DNA of 64,000 nt, taken from the NCBI GenBank assembly GCA_964106915.2, contig OZ066915.1, one strand, 5' to 3'. Below the pieces are notes generated by a model that was not told the DNA's origin, did no database searches, and saw only the letters and a list, made by a program, of their open reading frames with translations. Both the position numbers and the translations under genes were made by a program. Positions 49,101 through 60,892 of the stretch are shown here, piece after piece; positions within the stretch are counted from its first letter, which is position 1, and every line of letters begins with the position of its first letter. This DNA is from Podarcis gaigeae (taxonomy: Eukaryota).

Positions 49101-51159
49101 ACAGCGTGGAAACACCGTAACAGACAGGCCTTCTAAAAATGTGAAAGGTTAAGCTGATTTGAATGGAAAACATAAGCAGCAGCAGAAATGAGGAAAAGGA
49201 CCAAATACTTGAAAGGGATTCAGGTCTGTTGTATGGGGGGGGGGGGGAGTTACAGTTCCAGGGAACTTGAACTCAATTTGATGTCATTTGGTTCTGTAAC
49301 TGTGCAGAGTATCTGGAACCAAAGATTAAATGGCTTCACATTTTCCCTGCAGCTGATGAAATTCTGTGGGCAATCCATTCTGACTGCAGTATTCGATCAC
49401 TCCCTCTACCCTGCATTTTTAACTTTAGATATGATTTAAATTTTTCATTGCTTCTTACAACTGAAGCTAGACTTTAGCCTATCAAGTTAGTCCCCCTGAA
49501 GACAAGCTCTGTTACTCGTGTAAATAATTACTGGGTAAACTTGGAAATAGGGGGCTGAGTAGATTTTAACTGATACAGTGTCATAGGAAAATAGGCGAGG
49601 AGAGAAGAAACAGTTGAGATCTGTACTACTGGAAATCCCCTTTAAAAAGGCCAGGGCGTTTTTAACTGACTGCATGGTGACTGTTAAGTTTAACCATGAG
49701 CTGGGCTGGAGACAACAGAGTGTGACCTTCTTGTGGGCCCACCTAGTCATTCAGAAAGTTGGCAAGGCATGCACAGAACCTTCTACTCAAAAGATTATGT
49801 CGCATCTCAGTTGAAAGCAGTGGACAAGCATTTTTATCATCACGAGTTAGAAGTAAGGCAGACAATACAGAATTCATTTTCCAACTTGTTCAGGACACCT
49901 TGATTTACTTTCAAACTGACCTAACATGGGAATCCCCCTCGTCATTATATTTGGCTTGCCTACTTCCATTCCCTAGTTCTGTTTAGCTTCAGGGTCTATT
50001 TACATCACCACTTATCACAAGATTGCAAGCACTTCCGTTAAAAAAAGATCCCCTCCCCCAAATTAACAAGTTGAATGGTAACTGATGTTAGTCATACTCA
50101 GAGTAGACACACTGAAATCAATAAACTTATTCCAAGCTGCTGGAAAACAGCTGGCACCATATAAGGGTCATTCAAAAATACCCATTCGCCGCACAAAAAC
50201 AGATACATTACAGTCATCTGATAGTGACATGACCATGTTGAAAGCAAACATGTGAAACGTGTACTCAAATGTTCTAAATTTACTGAAAGAAAGTTGAAAA
50301 GACAGAAAACTATTTTTGTTAGCTGCCTTAGTGGTTCTGAAAAGCTCCAAGTAAGTCACAGGAATTCCACCCCACCCCCAGCGCGATCATTTCTGTCATT
50401 TGATTTACAAAGCTCTGCCCTTTATTTATAGATGTGGTATTTGCTCCATAATAACTGATTAGTAAAGGCTGCAAATGAGCATCACTGTGAGCACGTGTGA
50501 GAGATGCACAATGAGGCAGCAGTATCAAAAGCTGGATTTAAATAATATTCAAATAAGGCAATCTGCACACCCTCCCCCACCCCCATTCTTCACCTGAATT
50601 TTAATTCTGCAGCACTTGCAATTTTATGCATTGTGTCAGTACTAGAGAAAGTGAATGCAAACTACTTCTGGGCACATTCATTTTTTATCAACCATACAAC
50701 ATGTCAACAAACTAAGAAAGGTCAAAATGATCAGTGTTATCCTTACCGTTTTTTTAAATAATAAAAAAAATTATATCCTGCCCTTTCTTCCAAGGGAGCC
50801 TAGGGCAACAAACAATTCTTTGATTAAAAAGCAACCAAGCAAACAATTAAAAAGTATAAAAATGTATTTAAAACATTTAAAAGCTGTTAAGGATACATCT
50901 AAAAACAATTAAGCACTTAAAACAAATTTAAAAACAAGTGTAACCCAAAGCATGTGTCTGGATAGGACAGCTGAAACAAATGTTTTCAGAGAGCTTTTCA
51001 AAGAGTAGTTTGGCCATCAACTATTCCGCAATATTGAAGGAAGAAAAATTAAAGGTGCGACAACATGACATATAGCTACTGGTCAGTACTATAGTAACGG
51101 GAAGAGGTGCATTCTGGGTCATGACACTAAAGATAAGAGTAAGAGTCCCATCCCACAGA

Positions 51160-52210
51160 GTTGGTCCAGGAGGATACCATGGTCAATGATGTTAAAAGCC
51201 ACTTGAGGGGTCAAGCAGAAATAATATGGTTGCACTCCCTGGCTCTCTCTTTCTCAATAAAGCTCATCCATCTGGTGGACCAATGCCGGGTCTGTTCCCA
51301 TATTGTAGAGGACCTAGGTAATCAGTCTCATCCAAGAATACTTGCTGTTGCTTCATAACCATCCTTTCCACCCGTTCACCAAGGAAAGGGTGTTGGTGAC
51401 CAGCCTACAGTAATTACACTCCACTGGGTCTAGAGCAGGCTTCCTCAAACTCGGCCTTCCAGATGTTTTGAGACTACAATTCCCAGCATCCCTGACCACT
51501 GGTCCTGCTAGCTAGGGATCATGGGTTGTAGGCCAAAAACATCTGGAGGGCCAAGGCTGAGGAAGCCTGATCTAGAGTGAGCTTTTAAAGAAGTGAACAC
51601 CACACAGCCTCTTTAAGGACAAAGGCAACACTCCCATCATGCAAGGCTGTGTTTAGCACCCATTCCATCACCCCACTCTGGCTAGCTTTCATAAGGCAAG
51701 ATGGACAAGGGTCTAACTAGCAGGTGGTCAAGTACATCACTAGCAGGTGATCGAGTATCCCATTCACATCATCAGGGCACATTAACTGGAACTGATCCCA
51801 CAATAATGGCCTCGACATTGCATTGGACCTTGGCTGGCACTGCCACAACACCAGCATCTAAATCACTGCAGAGTCGAGTGACTGTATCCTGAAAGAGTTT
51901 AGCCATTTGGTTACAGTTAGTCACCATGTGCTCCAGGGGTTTTGCCCCCTGGGTCAAGGTAAGCAATGTCCCAGCCACACAATGCAACTCCACCAAGCAG
52001 TTCCTTGAGAATGCTATGGAGACACAGCCTCCCACAGCCACTTAGTAGGCTTAATTATGAGCCTGAAGATGTACTCAGTTGGCTCTGCAGCAAGATCTAC
52101 GTCACGTATACTCCAGCCTGGCAGATACTGCAACTTTTGAGGCACTTTCACACTCATGCTGTTGGGAGTGTTTCAATCCGAAACACTCACATCGACATCA
52201 GATGAGCATT
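51160..52210 (-). mobile_element. Old, highly degraded L2-like LINE ORF2 fragment
   Basis: Minus strand ...VAFNIIDHGILLD resembles the RT motif AFDTIDHxILL; boundaries approximate. Confidence 0.55.
51436..51569. mobile_element. Palindromic hAT-type MITE (same family as 44003), inserted in an old L2
   Basis: CAGGCTTCCTCA...TGAGGAAGCCTG, TSD gtctagag/atctagag. Confidence 0.87.
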
Positions 52211-53898
52211 ATTCCTTTCTATGACATGCTTCTGACACTTTTATGAACACTCTTAAGAGCTGTTGTCATTAAATTGTCAGGCAAGTGTTAGGAAGAGTGC
52301 AATGTTCACATGACCACCTCAACCCAGGCTGCAGGCTTTCAACTGCCATTGATGTCAACATCTTAATGCCTACACTTGCAATTCCCCCCACCCTCACCCC
52401 GCAAATATACAATGGCAAAGAGTGGAACACCAAATACTGGAAGAGAAGTGAAAGCCTACCTAAAGCCTGAAAATAATTCATTGCGAAGTCATGATTACTA
52501 GACTTGCCAATATAAACTTCTGAGGTTAAACACAGTTCCTCCAAAAGGTGGCAAAGTAAGAGATAACTTTGGAAAAGATGGGATGAGGGCAGGCTTAAGC
52601 CCCATATGATATGGAACTTTCCTGGGTGAAGGCTATGAAACAGGAGCACGAGTACTGGCTTGATGCAGACAAGACTAGTAGCAACAGAGTTGGTAAGATT
52701 TTCCTTTCCCTAGCATAGGTGGGGGGCAAGTGGGGTGCACAATGTTGTGGCATCTTTTTGAGTGCGGGTCCCAAACCTTAGTGGTTTGTATTTAATATAT
52801 TATTTTACCAGTACATTACTTCTTCTATGATGCTGTCCCTCTTTAGGCTCCTAGAAAGCCAATCGATAGGTGTGCTTTCATTTATTTGTATTTACTTCAA
52901 CAGTTTATATATTGTTTAATTACCACAGTCTCTAGGCAATTCACAAGAAAGGCTTAATTAGATTGCAACCGGGCAGATAGTAGAGGGTGTACATATTCCA
53001 GAAACCCCAAACCTGCTAAATAGGAAACACTCTCGTGGTCTATGTTTAACAGCCAGTGGAAGCTTGCTGCTTTCCAGACCTTTCTGACTACATAGTCCAG
53101 TACTAGCTTTCCTTTCCAGACAAACTGGAGACATTTGGAAGCAAGGTGCTGGGGGAGACACTTGAATGGCAGGCGGTTGTGCTTCCTTGGCCACAGGTCA
53201 CCTTGTTCTATCAAAGAGGTGTTTTAAGAGTGAATGTTCTATACTCAGTGTTAGGGTTGATATAGAGTGCATTCCTCTGTCAGGTACAGCAAACCTGAAA
53301 ATGCCATGCAGACATTTACTAGCGGAGCTAGCTGGGCAGACACACATTTATGCTGGTGCAAAAGTATAGGCTGATTTTCAACGTTTTGCACTGTGCCCCA
53401 CTAGATCCAGATCAGCAGCACTCACTTCTTTTTATTACAGTTTGTTAACTGCAATGCTCAGAATAACAAAGCATTTTAAATGTCCTTTATCAATGTTATG
53501 TTGAGATGGGTCAGTCCTCAAAGCTCAAGAAAAGCTTCATCTCCTCTCTGGTTAGTAGAAATCTACAATGAACAGAAAATGCAATACATCCAGAGATCTC
53601 TTTTCATCATTTTCAATGGAGTGGGGAAAGGAAGATACTGAGGGAAGGGTTCCATACAGTCTATAAACAGCTCTGATCCCTTACACAACATGTGCATGTG
53701 CTGCCTATCAGTTGCCCATTTGCCTGATCAAGCACCGCATGAGTGATTAAGCATTATGGCAGGCAAGCTTAACCTTTCTCACGCCAAGGGCCACATGGAG
53801 GGAATGTCAAGGTGCTGAATGTCAAAATAGGCCTGGCCAATTTTTAAAGTAAAAAAAAAAAAGACAAATGGGGGCGGGGCTGGGAGACACACACAATA

Positions 53899-54028
53899 CA
53901 GTGGTACCTCGGGTTACAAACACTTCAGGTTACATACGCTTCAGGTTACAGACTCTGCTAACCCAGAAATAGTGCTTCAGGTTAAGAACTTTGCTTCAGG
54001 ATGAGAACAGAAATCGTGCTCTGGCGGC

Positions 54029-54059
<31 letters not shown>

Positions 54060-54155
54060 GTCCCATTAGCTAAAGTGGTGCTTCAGGTTAAGAACAGTTT
54101 CAGGTTAAGAACAGACCTCCGGAACGAATTAAGTACTTAACCCGAGGTACCACTG
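53899..54155. mobile_element. Tc1/mariner-type MITE with internal (GCA)n and CTTCAGGTTA subrepeats
   Basis: Perfect 18-bp TIR CAGTGGTACCTCGGGTTA / TAACCCGAGGTACCACTG, TA TSD. Confidence 0.92.
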
Positions 54156-54663
54156 TATTTTGGTTTCACAGTGGAGTATCCATGGAACCAGTCAGTTAAA
54201 AAACCAAGCCCCTAGGTTTTTTTAAAAGAAAACAAGCCTGAAGACTACACTTTTTTGGGCACTGCAGTGAAGAGCCACCACGGTATTACAGGATCTATAG
54301 CTTACAAACTCTACTACCCATCCAGAGACTAGAATAATTATTTGCATGTTGTTAGTGATTTTTTAAAAATGTTTTATTTATAAATTTACCAAATTACAGG
54401 GAAAAAAGAAAAAGAACATTTTAAAAATTCTTCAGCAAGTTGTTAGTGATATATTGTGCAGTTGTTCTGACAATAATAAATGCCAGAAATAGCAGCTCCT
54501 GTTAAATGAAGCTATTACTATTTTTTGAAAAAGAAGAAAAAAGCAGCAGCAGCACAATGGATATTTCCCCATCGTTCCTGCTATATGCTTGTACAAAAAT
54601 GGCACTGGTTAACATGATCAATTCCTCACAAAACTTTAAAAAATGAGGTTGCTTGTGTTTTTT

Positions 54664-54676
54664 CACACACACACAA

Positions 54677-54711
<35 letters not shown>
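54664..54711. repeat. Compound (CA)n(GA)n microsatellite
   Basis: Read directly from the sequence. Confidence 0.93.
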
Positions 54712-55407
54712 AGGCTTTATGTATGGCTCTCTGTACAGCCTGTGCATTAAGTCTAGGAAGCATAATTGAGAAATGAAGTACTGCCTAAGCATTAAATGGC
54801 TTTGAATGACACGCTGTAGTTTGTTTAAAGTTGTGTGACTAAAATAAGTCTTCTGATCTGTAAACTGCAACAGCCATAGAGCTGCTTTAAAATTGGAATC
54901 TTTAAGATGTGCAAGAGCCAAGAAATAAAGTCTCGGCTCAATATGACAAAGCTGGAGTTGCTCCCAATCGCACCAATTAATAAAGTAGAGTACTTCAGAT
55001 AGAAGGCAGCAGAATTTGTATCCTTTGCCTCCTGCCTTTCAGCAGCCAACAAGCCATCCACCAGCAGCTCTGCAATTTTCTTTCAGCTGTATGGGGTCCT
55101 CCGTGGGGACTTGCTTTATCAAAACTAGAAATACATTGGAACTGCCCTCCGTTTACTGTTCCATCAAGGAATGAGGAGGTAAAAAAAGAGATGTGGATAT
55201 AGGATGGGAGATGCAGCAAGTCTAATAAAAGCTGGCTAATGTCTGGTTTCCGTACGTGCAGGGCATGGAAAGAGTGCAGTTGATTTTGGTGGCGCAGGCA
55301 TGGAACTCTGCACACAACTTTGCATTGATTCCTCAAAACGAGCTTCCAGCTTTAGTAGTTTCCAACCAAGGAGTTATGGATTATCTATAATGACCATTGT
55401 CCTAGAG

Positions 55408-55656
55408 CAGGCATGTCCAACAGATAGATCGTGATCTACCGGTAGATACTGGACATCTGTGGTAGATCACTGGTAGATCACTGGTTCCCCCCAAAGAAGC
55501 TGAACAACTGTGGCTCCCCTAAAGAAAGCTCAACATTTTACCTCCTCCCTGAAAAAACTCAAGAACTTTGACCCGAACCCCAAAAAAGGGAGTAGATCAC
55601 TGCCAGTTTTTAACTCTATGAGTAGATCGCAGTCTCTTGGGAGTTGGCCACCCCTG
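55408..55656. mobile_element. hAT-type MITE with GTAGATC subterminal repeats
   Basis: CAGGCATGTCCAAC...GTTGGCCACCCCTG, perfect TSD TCCTAGAG. Confidence 0.88.
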
Positions 55657-56051
55657 TCCTAGAGTAACAATCCCTTTACAGCACTTTAGCTGCTGGTTTG
55701 TTTAATTAAAGGAGGGAAGCTGCAAGTTAGTGAGGGCCTCAAGTCAACTCTTCCTCCTCTTGAGATAAGCAAGGTTTTAGCATTGTCCCAACAACAACAG
55801 AAACCATTAGCCTGATGAGCACAGCCTAGTGCTTCTAGCAGCCTCACCAGTAAAACAGGTTATTGTACAATCCCTTAATTAATTCATTTCATCCCACCAG
55901 CCACAGCCATGTACAATGATGAGATCCAGCATAAGGGCACAGTGAACTGTGAATGCCTCATGAGAGCAACCATGCCTATGCAACCAACACCCTAGGATTC
56001 TCCACCATTGTAAAAACATGGGCTGTTTGTTCACAAGGCAATTCTGAACTA

Positions 56052-56268
56052 CAGTGGTACCCTGGTTCTCAAACTTAATCCATTCCAGGAGTCCATTCAA
56101 CTCCTGAAACAGTTCAAAAATCAAGGCGCAGCTTCTGATTGGCTGCAGGAACATTGGACGTTTGGCTTCTGAAAATTGTTCGCAAACCGGAACACTTACT
56201 TCCAGGTTTGCACGTTCGGGAGCTGATATGTTCAACAACTAAGCCGTTTGGGAGCCAAGGTACCACTG
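56052..56268. mobile_element. Tc1/mariner-type MITE
   Basis: TA|CAGTGGTACCCTGG...CCAAGGTACCACTG|TA. Confidence 0.88.
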
Positions 56269-56403
56269 TACTAGTTTAATTAACAATTGCTTAAACAGAT
56301 CCTTACATGCAAACCCTACAATGAAGAGGAGAGGAGCCCTCCTGCAATTGTCAGCTATTGGTGTGAAAGAACAAAAGTCCCTAACCATCATACTATAAAA
56401 GGA

Positions 56404-56520
56404 GTTACAGATAGGTAGCTTCTTCTTATCTGAAGAAGTGTGCATGCACACGAAAGCTCATACCAAGAACTGACTTAGTTGGTCTTTAAGGTGCTACTGG
56501 AAGGAATTTTTTTTGTTTTG
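56404..56520. mobile_element. Penelope-like element terminal fragment with small inversion
   Basis: gaagaagtgtgcatgcacacgaaagctcatacc...ttagttggtctttaaggtgctactgg; flanked by direct repeat ACTATAAAAGGAGTT (56392-56406 / 56521-56535). Confidence 0.65.
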
Positions 56521-57318
56521 ACTATAAAAGGAGTTTCAGATGTTTAGCATTAATATATTGGAAGTATATTCCTCTGGTTTGGGAAAATATAGCTATAAAA
56601 TGAGAGAAGGAACTAGAGTTATATTATAAATGAAACTAAATTAGACTAGCAAAGAGCTATTCTCAAGCACTTTTGCTGTATAAACACCTCCATCTTATTC
56701 AATGGCCTGATTTACACATCATACTAAGCCAAGTCATGCATGAAGAACACCTGTACCTAAAGTATATTTTTGGTCTACAATTTACTTGCCGTGGCAAGTA
56801 CTTAAGTCTTCGGCTTCTTCCCAACTCTAGCCAGGGGGTGGGGGTGGGGGGTTCAATTTGTCTCTGGCCCCAAAGTTGTGGTAAGGAAGCCTAGGATTTG
56901 CTTATGGGTTCTGCCAAACCCAGAACCAAAGCAAGTCTCTACACTCCTTCCAGCTTTAAGATGGAGGGGAATTGGGACTTTTTTTCCAGATTGCATCAAA
57001 TCTACCACTTCTCATCTTATCAGACTAGAGCAGGGAGCAGGGGTTAGTCTCTGGTCTCATGCTGTGTTTTGGAGATGCAGGACAAAGTCAGAGACAAGAC
57101 CCACATATGGGTAGGCATATTTTTTTTTTGGCTAGCCACCAAGGGTAGGCAACATATGTGTACCTCCATATTTGTTACTTAGAAATGACAATCTAATTAA
57201 TCATTAGATAACCATTAAAAAGGTAGCCAGTCTCTACTGCAAGTGACAACAGACCAGTATTTTCACCTTTCTTAAGTGTTATGACTATTGGCAGATGTGT
57301 ATAAAGATGTTAGTGGTG

Positions 57319-57444
57319 TCACAATCGTCCGAATTTGTACAGGAAGCCAATACCACAGTATGTCCTTTCATGTTCTTCCTCACAAGTTCTTTGTGCACTC
57401 TTTCCATGAGTGCAGACAGATTTCTGGTAGTAATGCCGACAGTG
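57319..57444 (-). pseudogene. Nested relic exon 9 (HCRHYYQKSVCTHGKSAQRTCEEEHERTYCGIGFLYKFGRL*)
   Basis: ttattttaacatag| acceptor, 41 open codons then TGA. Confidence 0.62.
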
Positions 57445-57648
57445 CTATGTTAAAATAATCACTACTTATCAATACGCACATGTGTGTGTGTGTGTCTTCA
57501 CAACTTGAGAAGACTTACAATTTAACACCTAAAATTACATGATAAAAAAGGAAACCCAAACTGCAAGAAAATATAAGACCGACAGCTACAATTTAAAAAT
57601 CCCAATATTTCAACTCAGCAAATTTGACACATCTTCTTTCATGCTCAC

Positions 57649-57685
57649 CCATGTGACAGGGAGAGAGGCTCATATCCAGACCCAA
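57649..57685 (-). pseudogene. Nested relic exon 8 (HWVWI*ASLPVTW)
   Basis: ttttcactctgtag| acceptor, TGG|gtgagc donor. Confidence 0.65.
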
Positions 57686-57898
57686 CTACAGAGTGAAAAC
57701 AGTGCATCAAAAAATGCAATTTTTACAGATGAAGAGAGATCAAATGGAAATAGCAGTGTTAGAAGCTCCTCTACCAACAATGGCACAATGACAGGCGAGG
57801 CTTCCTCATCCGCCAGAATTTAACATCACATACAAAGCCAGTGATTAAAAAGTAACACAGCTTACATTTGAACTTCGATCATTTGCAGCTACACTTAC

Positions 57899-57970
57899 TG
57901 CTGACATCTGTTCTCACAAGCAATGTGCTTTTCTTTTCTTTTTTACTGTGGAAGTCCAAACCACCACCAG
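57899..57970 (-). pseudogene. Nested relic exon 7 (SWWWFGLPQ*KRKEKHIACENRCQ)
   Basis: ttttaaatag| acceptor, |gtaagt donor. Confidence 0.62.
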
Positions 57971-58108
57971 CTATTTAAAATACCCATATACTTTTAAGCA
58001 CGTTGAAATAGGAATCCCTGGTATATTAATGAATTAGCAATTTCAGGTGAGACCGCAGGGCTCTATGCTACCTTTAGCCATCAAAATTGTTACCTAGCCT
58101 TGTTCATA

Positions 58109-58170
58109 TTCCTACGCTGCAGGGGTTGAACTAGGTGACCCATTGCGTCCCTTCCAACTCAATTCTGATA
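58109..58170 (+). mobile_element. Short CR1-type 3' tail fragment
   Basis: gcaggggttgaactaggtgaccc...gtcccttccaactc. Confidence 0.6.
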
Positions 58171-58283
58171 GAGGTAAGTCATTTAAAAGAATTACAGGAA
58201 ACACAAAGCTACTTCTGCAGTAATCGCAGCACATGTTTTTCCACAATTATCCTAATTCTGTTTTCTTTGGAGTATGAACACAC

Positions 58284-58415
58284 ATAGATTTCTAGAACTG
58301 GTAAGGACTATCTAGTCCAAAAACCTGCAATGCAGGAATCTTTTTGCCCAATGTGGGGCTCGAACCCACAACCTTGAGATTAAAAATCTCATGCTTTACA
58401 GACTGAGCTATCCAG
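58284..58415 (-). mobile_element. Squam3-like SINE (tRNA-Lys-like head plus CR1-type tail)
   Basis: Minus strand GATAGCTCAGTCTGTAAAGCATGAGA...GGTTCGAGCCCCACATTGGGC followed by ATTCCTGCATTGCAGG...TTGGACTAGAT. Confidence 0.75.
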
Positions 58416-58544
58416 TATTGGTAGCTCACCATCACAGCAAATACAGTATACTGAAGGCAGTCACTGTTAACATCCTGCTACAAATGCCAAGATGACCAGG
58501 TACGAAGGTGTGATAAAATTCTCCTTACAGGTAAACCAACTTAC

Positions 58545-58597
58545 CTACTATTTACATACTCATGGTGCTAAATTATCACTTTGTTAATTGACTGAAA
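58545..58597 (-). pseudogene. Nested relic exon 6 (FQSINKVII*HHEYVNS)
   Basis: attctacag| acceptor, TAG|gtaagt donor. Confidence 0.62.
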
Positions 58598-58913
58598 CTG
58601 TAGAATCAAGAACACAAGACAACAAGCTCTCTCTTTAAAAAAAGCAAAAATGGAAGAGTGAAGATTTGTAATTGAAAAAATATGCTTGCATACGCTTTCA
58701 ATGAAATTAGGGAGGATAGAAAAAAGTTATTGCCACCCTCACCCTTCTCTTGAGGATTTAGAGACTCTGTGAAGAAAAAGAGGAGACACCCCCTTCACTA
58801 AGATAAAAGCCATTAAGTATACTCTGCCCCTTTGGAAGAGGTGGTCCTCGTGACTGCCCTCCGCTTCTCCTGCCCTTCCCCACCATCAGCCTCTCTTTGT
58901 CTTTCTCTCTTAC

Positions 58914-58989
58914 ATGTGCTGGTGCCAAAAGAATCATCTCCAAATAATTATTCTTTGGAGCTCTAATTTTAGCAGCATGTTCATCATTT
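58914..58989 (-). pseudogene. Nested relic exon 5 (NDEHAAKIRAPKNNYLEMILLAPAH)
   Basis: Long polypyrimidine tract ending in atypical actgag|, donor |gtaaga. Confidence 0.55.
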
Positions 58990-59069
58990 CTCAGTAAACA
59001 CAATTAAAGGAAATTGAAACAGAAAGAGGACATTTTTAGATGGCTGGAAAAAATGTGTTTCTAGGCCTA

Positions 59070-59293
59070 CAGTGGTACCTCTGGTTACGAACTTAATTCG
59101 TTCCGGAGGTCCGTTCTTAAGCTGAAACTGTTTTTCTCCTGAGGCATGCTTTCGCTAATGGGGCCTCCGGCACACGACTTCCGCTCGCATCCTGGGGCAA
59201 AGTTTGCAACCAAGAGCAACTACTTCTGGGTTAGCGGAGCTCGTAACCAGAAGCGTGTGTAACCAGAAGCGTTTGTAACCAGAGGTACCATTG
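59070..59293. mobile_element. Tc1/mariner-type MITE (inverted relative of the 53899 copy)
   Basis: TA|CAGTGGTACCTCTGGTTAC...GTAACCAGAGGTACCATTG|TA. Confidence 0.9.
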
Positions 59294-59469
59294 TACATGC
59301 TTCCTGTTCTGAAAGAAGGGCACGAACTAGGATCCCGAGTTCTATCTTGGCCATTTCCAGTCCTACGAAGTTACTCAGAATAAAACTAGTCTGGCTCTCA
59401 TGTTCATCCTCACATAAGGCTGCCAGTTTCAATATGGGATTGGGCAGTTCTTGTGCCTTCAGGACATCA

Positions 59470-59592
59470 TGTTACCCTTCCAGATGTTGTTGTATTATAA
59501 TTCCCATCACCCTCAACCACTGGCCCTGCTGACTGTGGCCAAAGAGAGCTGGAGCCCCAGAACATATGGAGGATGCCATGTTAACTACTCCT
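59470..59592. mobile_element. Degenerate copy of the 44003/51436 MITE family
   Basis: ccttccagatgtt...aattcccatc...accactggccctgctg similarity. Confidence 0.55.
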
Positions 59593-59619
59593 GGCTTATC
59601 AGCTGTAAAGTAACAAGAC

Positions 59620-59837
59620 CTGTGGCAGCCACCTGTGCAGTGGTGGTAGGGAGAAGCATATCTAAATAAGTTTGACCTCTGCGGTATCTGTCACTTTCTG
59701 CAAACTTTGTGGTTTCCCCAGGCACACAGATACCTCTTCTCTTGCTTCTCAGCCCCATTTTGGCTACATAGACACTTGTAATTCAGCACCTGAGTTTGCC
59801 ATTAGAACATGCTGCTCCTCTTATTTTCCCCAATTAC
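59620..59837 (-). pseudogene. Nested relic exon 4 (VIGENKRSSMF*WQTQVLNYKCLCSQ...RYLCAWGNHKVCRK*QIPQRSNLFRYASPYHHCTGGCHR)
   Basis: gtatttag| acceptor. Donor is either |gtcttg (exon end 59620) or |gtatct (exon end 59734); both are phase 2. Confidence 0.5.
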
Positions 59838-60201
59838 CTAAATACCTTTTTTTTAAAAAATGAGAAAAGAAAACAAGTTTGAAACCTCTCAAGAGACTAG
59901 AAAATATTGTAGGTGACTTTCCTGAACAGAAACAATTTATTATATCTTTCATGCCCATCAACTCTATTTGTGTAGGTAAGCATTTATTGTATCAGTAACT
60001 GTTATGGAAGACATTTAATCACTGGTTTATAAGATACTTGCCTCAAGTAAATTTAGGACACATCCCTAGACAAGAATATAAGACATTTTTTCTCTTAAGA
60101 CCTCTCCTCTTCAGTGCTGGGTTTTTATGTATGTGTATCCACTGTTCTAGCGCATCATAATATGCCAGGCAATTTATGGAGAACAGAACATCTCATCTCA
60201 C

Positions 60202-60247
60202 CTTAAGAGCATCCAGTGTCCTGCTATTCTTTGGCAATCCTATACAA
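60202..60247 (-). pseudogene. Nested relic exon 3 (CIGLPKNSRTLDALK)
   Basis: ttcttggctctag| acceptor, AAG|gtgaga donor, open in frame. Confidence 0.62.
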
Positions 60248-60837
60248 CTAGAGCCAAGAACTTAGTGAGAAATATTTCTCAATAGATATGTGTAAAATCA
60301 ATTAGAACCTGGCCTTGTGGCGGTATTACATGATACACAAGGGTTATATTATAGGCCTGTGTGTAGAAAGAGAAAGTAATTGGACAATGCCTCAGTGTTG
60401 GACAATGCCTGAGACTGTGGCATGTGAAATGAAAGGTCAATGCCAAGGACTGTTCCTTGTAAACAGACACAGGCTTTTAAATGGAACACTAAGCCATGGT
60501 TTGTTTAGCATAACCATGGTTTGTTTCACCACGCAAACTGAGCCCAGTAGCTTAACCATGCTTTGCTTATTCCCAATAAACCACAATCTTAAGCCTTTTA
60601 TTGTTGTTAATTTATGAAACTTGGCTTTCTTAAACTATGGCATCCTGTTACATTGGAACCCAGCACTGTTTGCTAAGTATGGTTTGTATGCCTGTTCCAG
60701 ACATTGGGCAGATTGCAGAGTCATGCATCAAGAGTGGAACAAAAAGGAATCTTCTCCCAAGGATAAGTGGCTCTTGCTGGCTTATTGCCCAAAGAATTAG
60801 GTCCTAACTCTGCCTGGTAACAGGCTTCTTTTCTCAC

Positions 60838-60892
60838 CCTACTCTTCCACTACTACAACTCCTCCCCTCAAAGGCAGACAGCTTTGCAGCTG
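60838..60892 (-). pseudogene. Nested relic exon 2 (AAAKLSAFEGRSCSSGRVG)
   Basis: ttcctttatttgtag| acceptor (tagcag tandem), |gtgaga donor, open in frame. Confidence 0.6.

Noticed and set aside
53915-54110. Regularly recurring CTTCAGGTTA units resembling a spaced repeat array (similarly GTAGATC units at 55424-55628)
   Set aside because: Both lie inside TIR/TSD-bounded MITEs and are subterminal transposon repeats; CRISPR is not applicable to vertebrate DNA.
40878-57318. SFMBT1 exon 1 or promoter
   Set aside because: No CpG island or convincing first exon seen, so it presumably lies beyond the window. This also means nesting of the relic gene is inferred rather than proven.
58330-58415. tRNA-Lys-like sequence on the minus strand
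   Set aside because: Degenerate stems and directly fused to a CR1-type tail, so it is a SINE head rather than a tRNA gene.
59220-59432. Protein-like 70-aa minus-strand ORF between relic exons 4 and 5
   Set aside because: No splice-site pair gives the phase 2-2 exon needed to fit the relic frame without stops, and part of it is MITE sequence.
57670-59693. In-frame TGA codons as possible selenocysteine
   Set aside because: The same frame also contains TAA and TAG stops, and no SECIS element was recognised.
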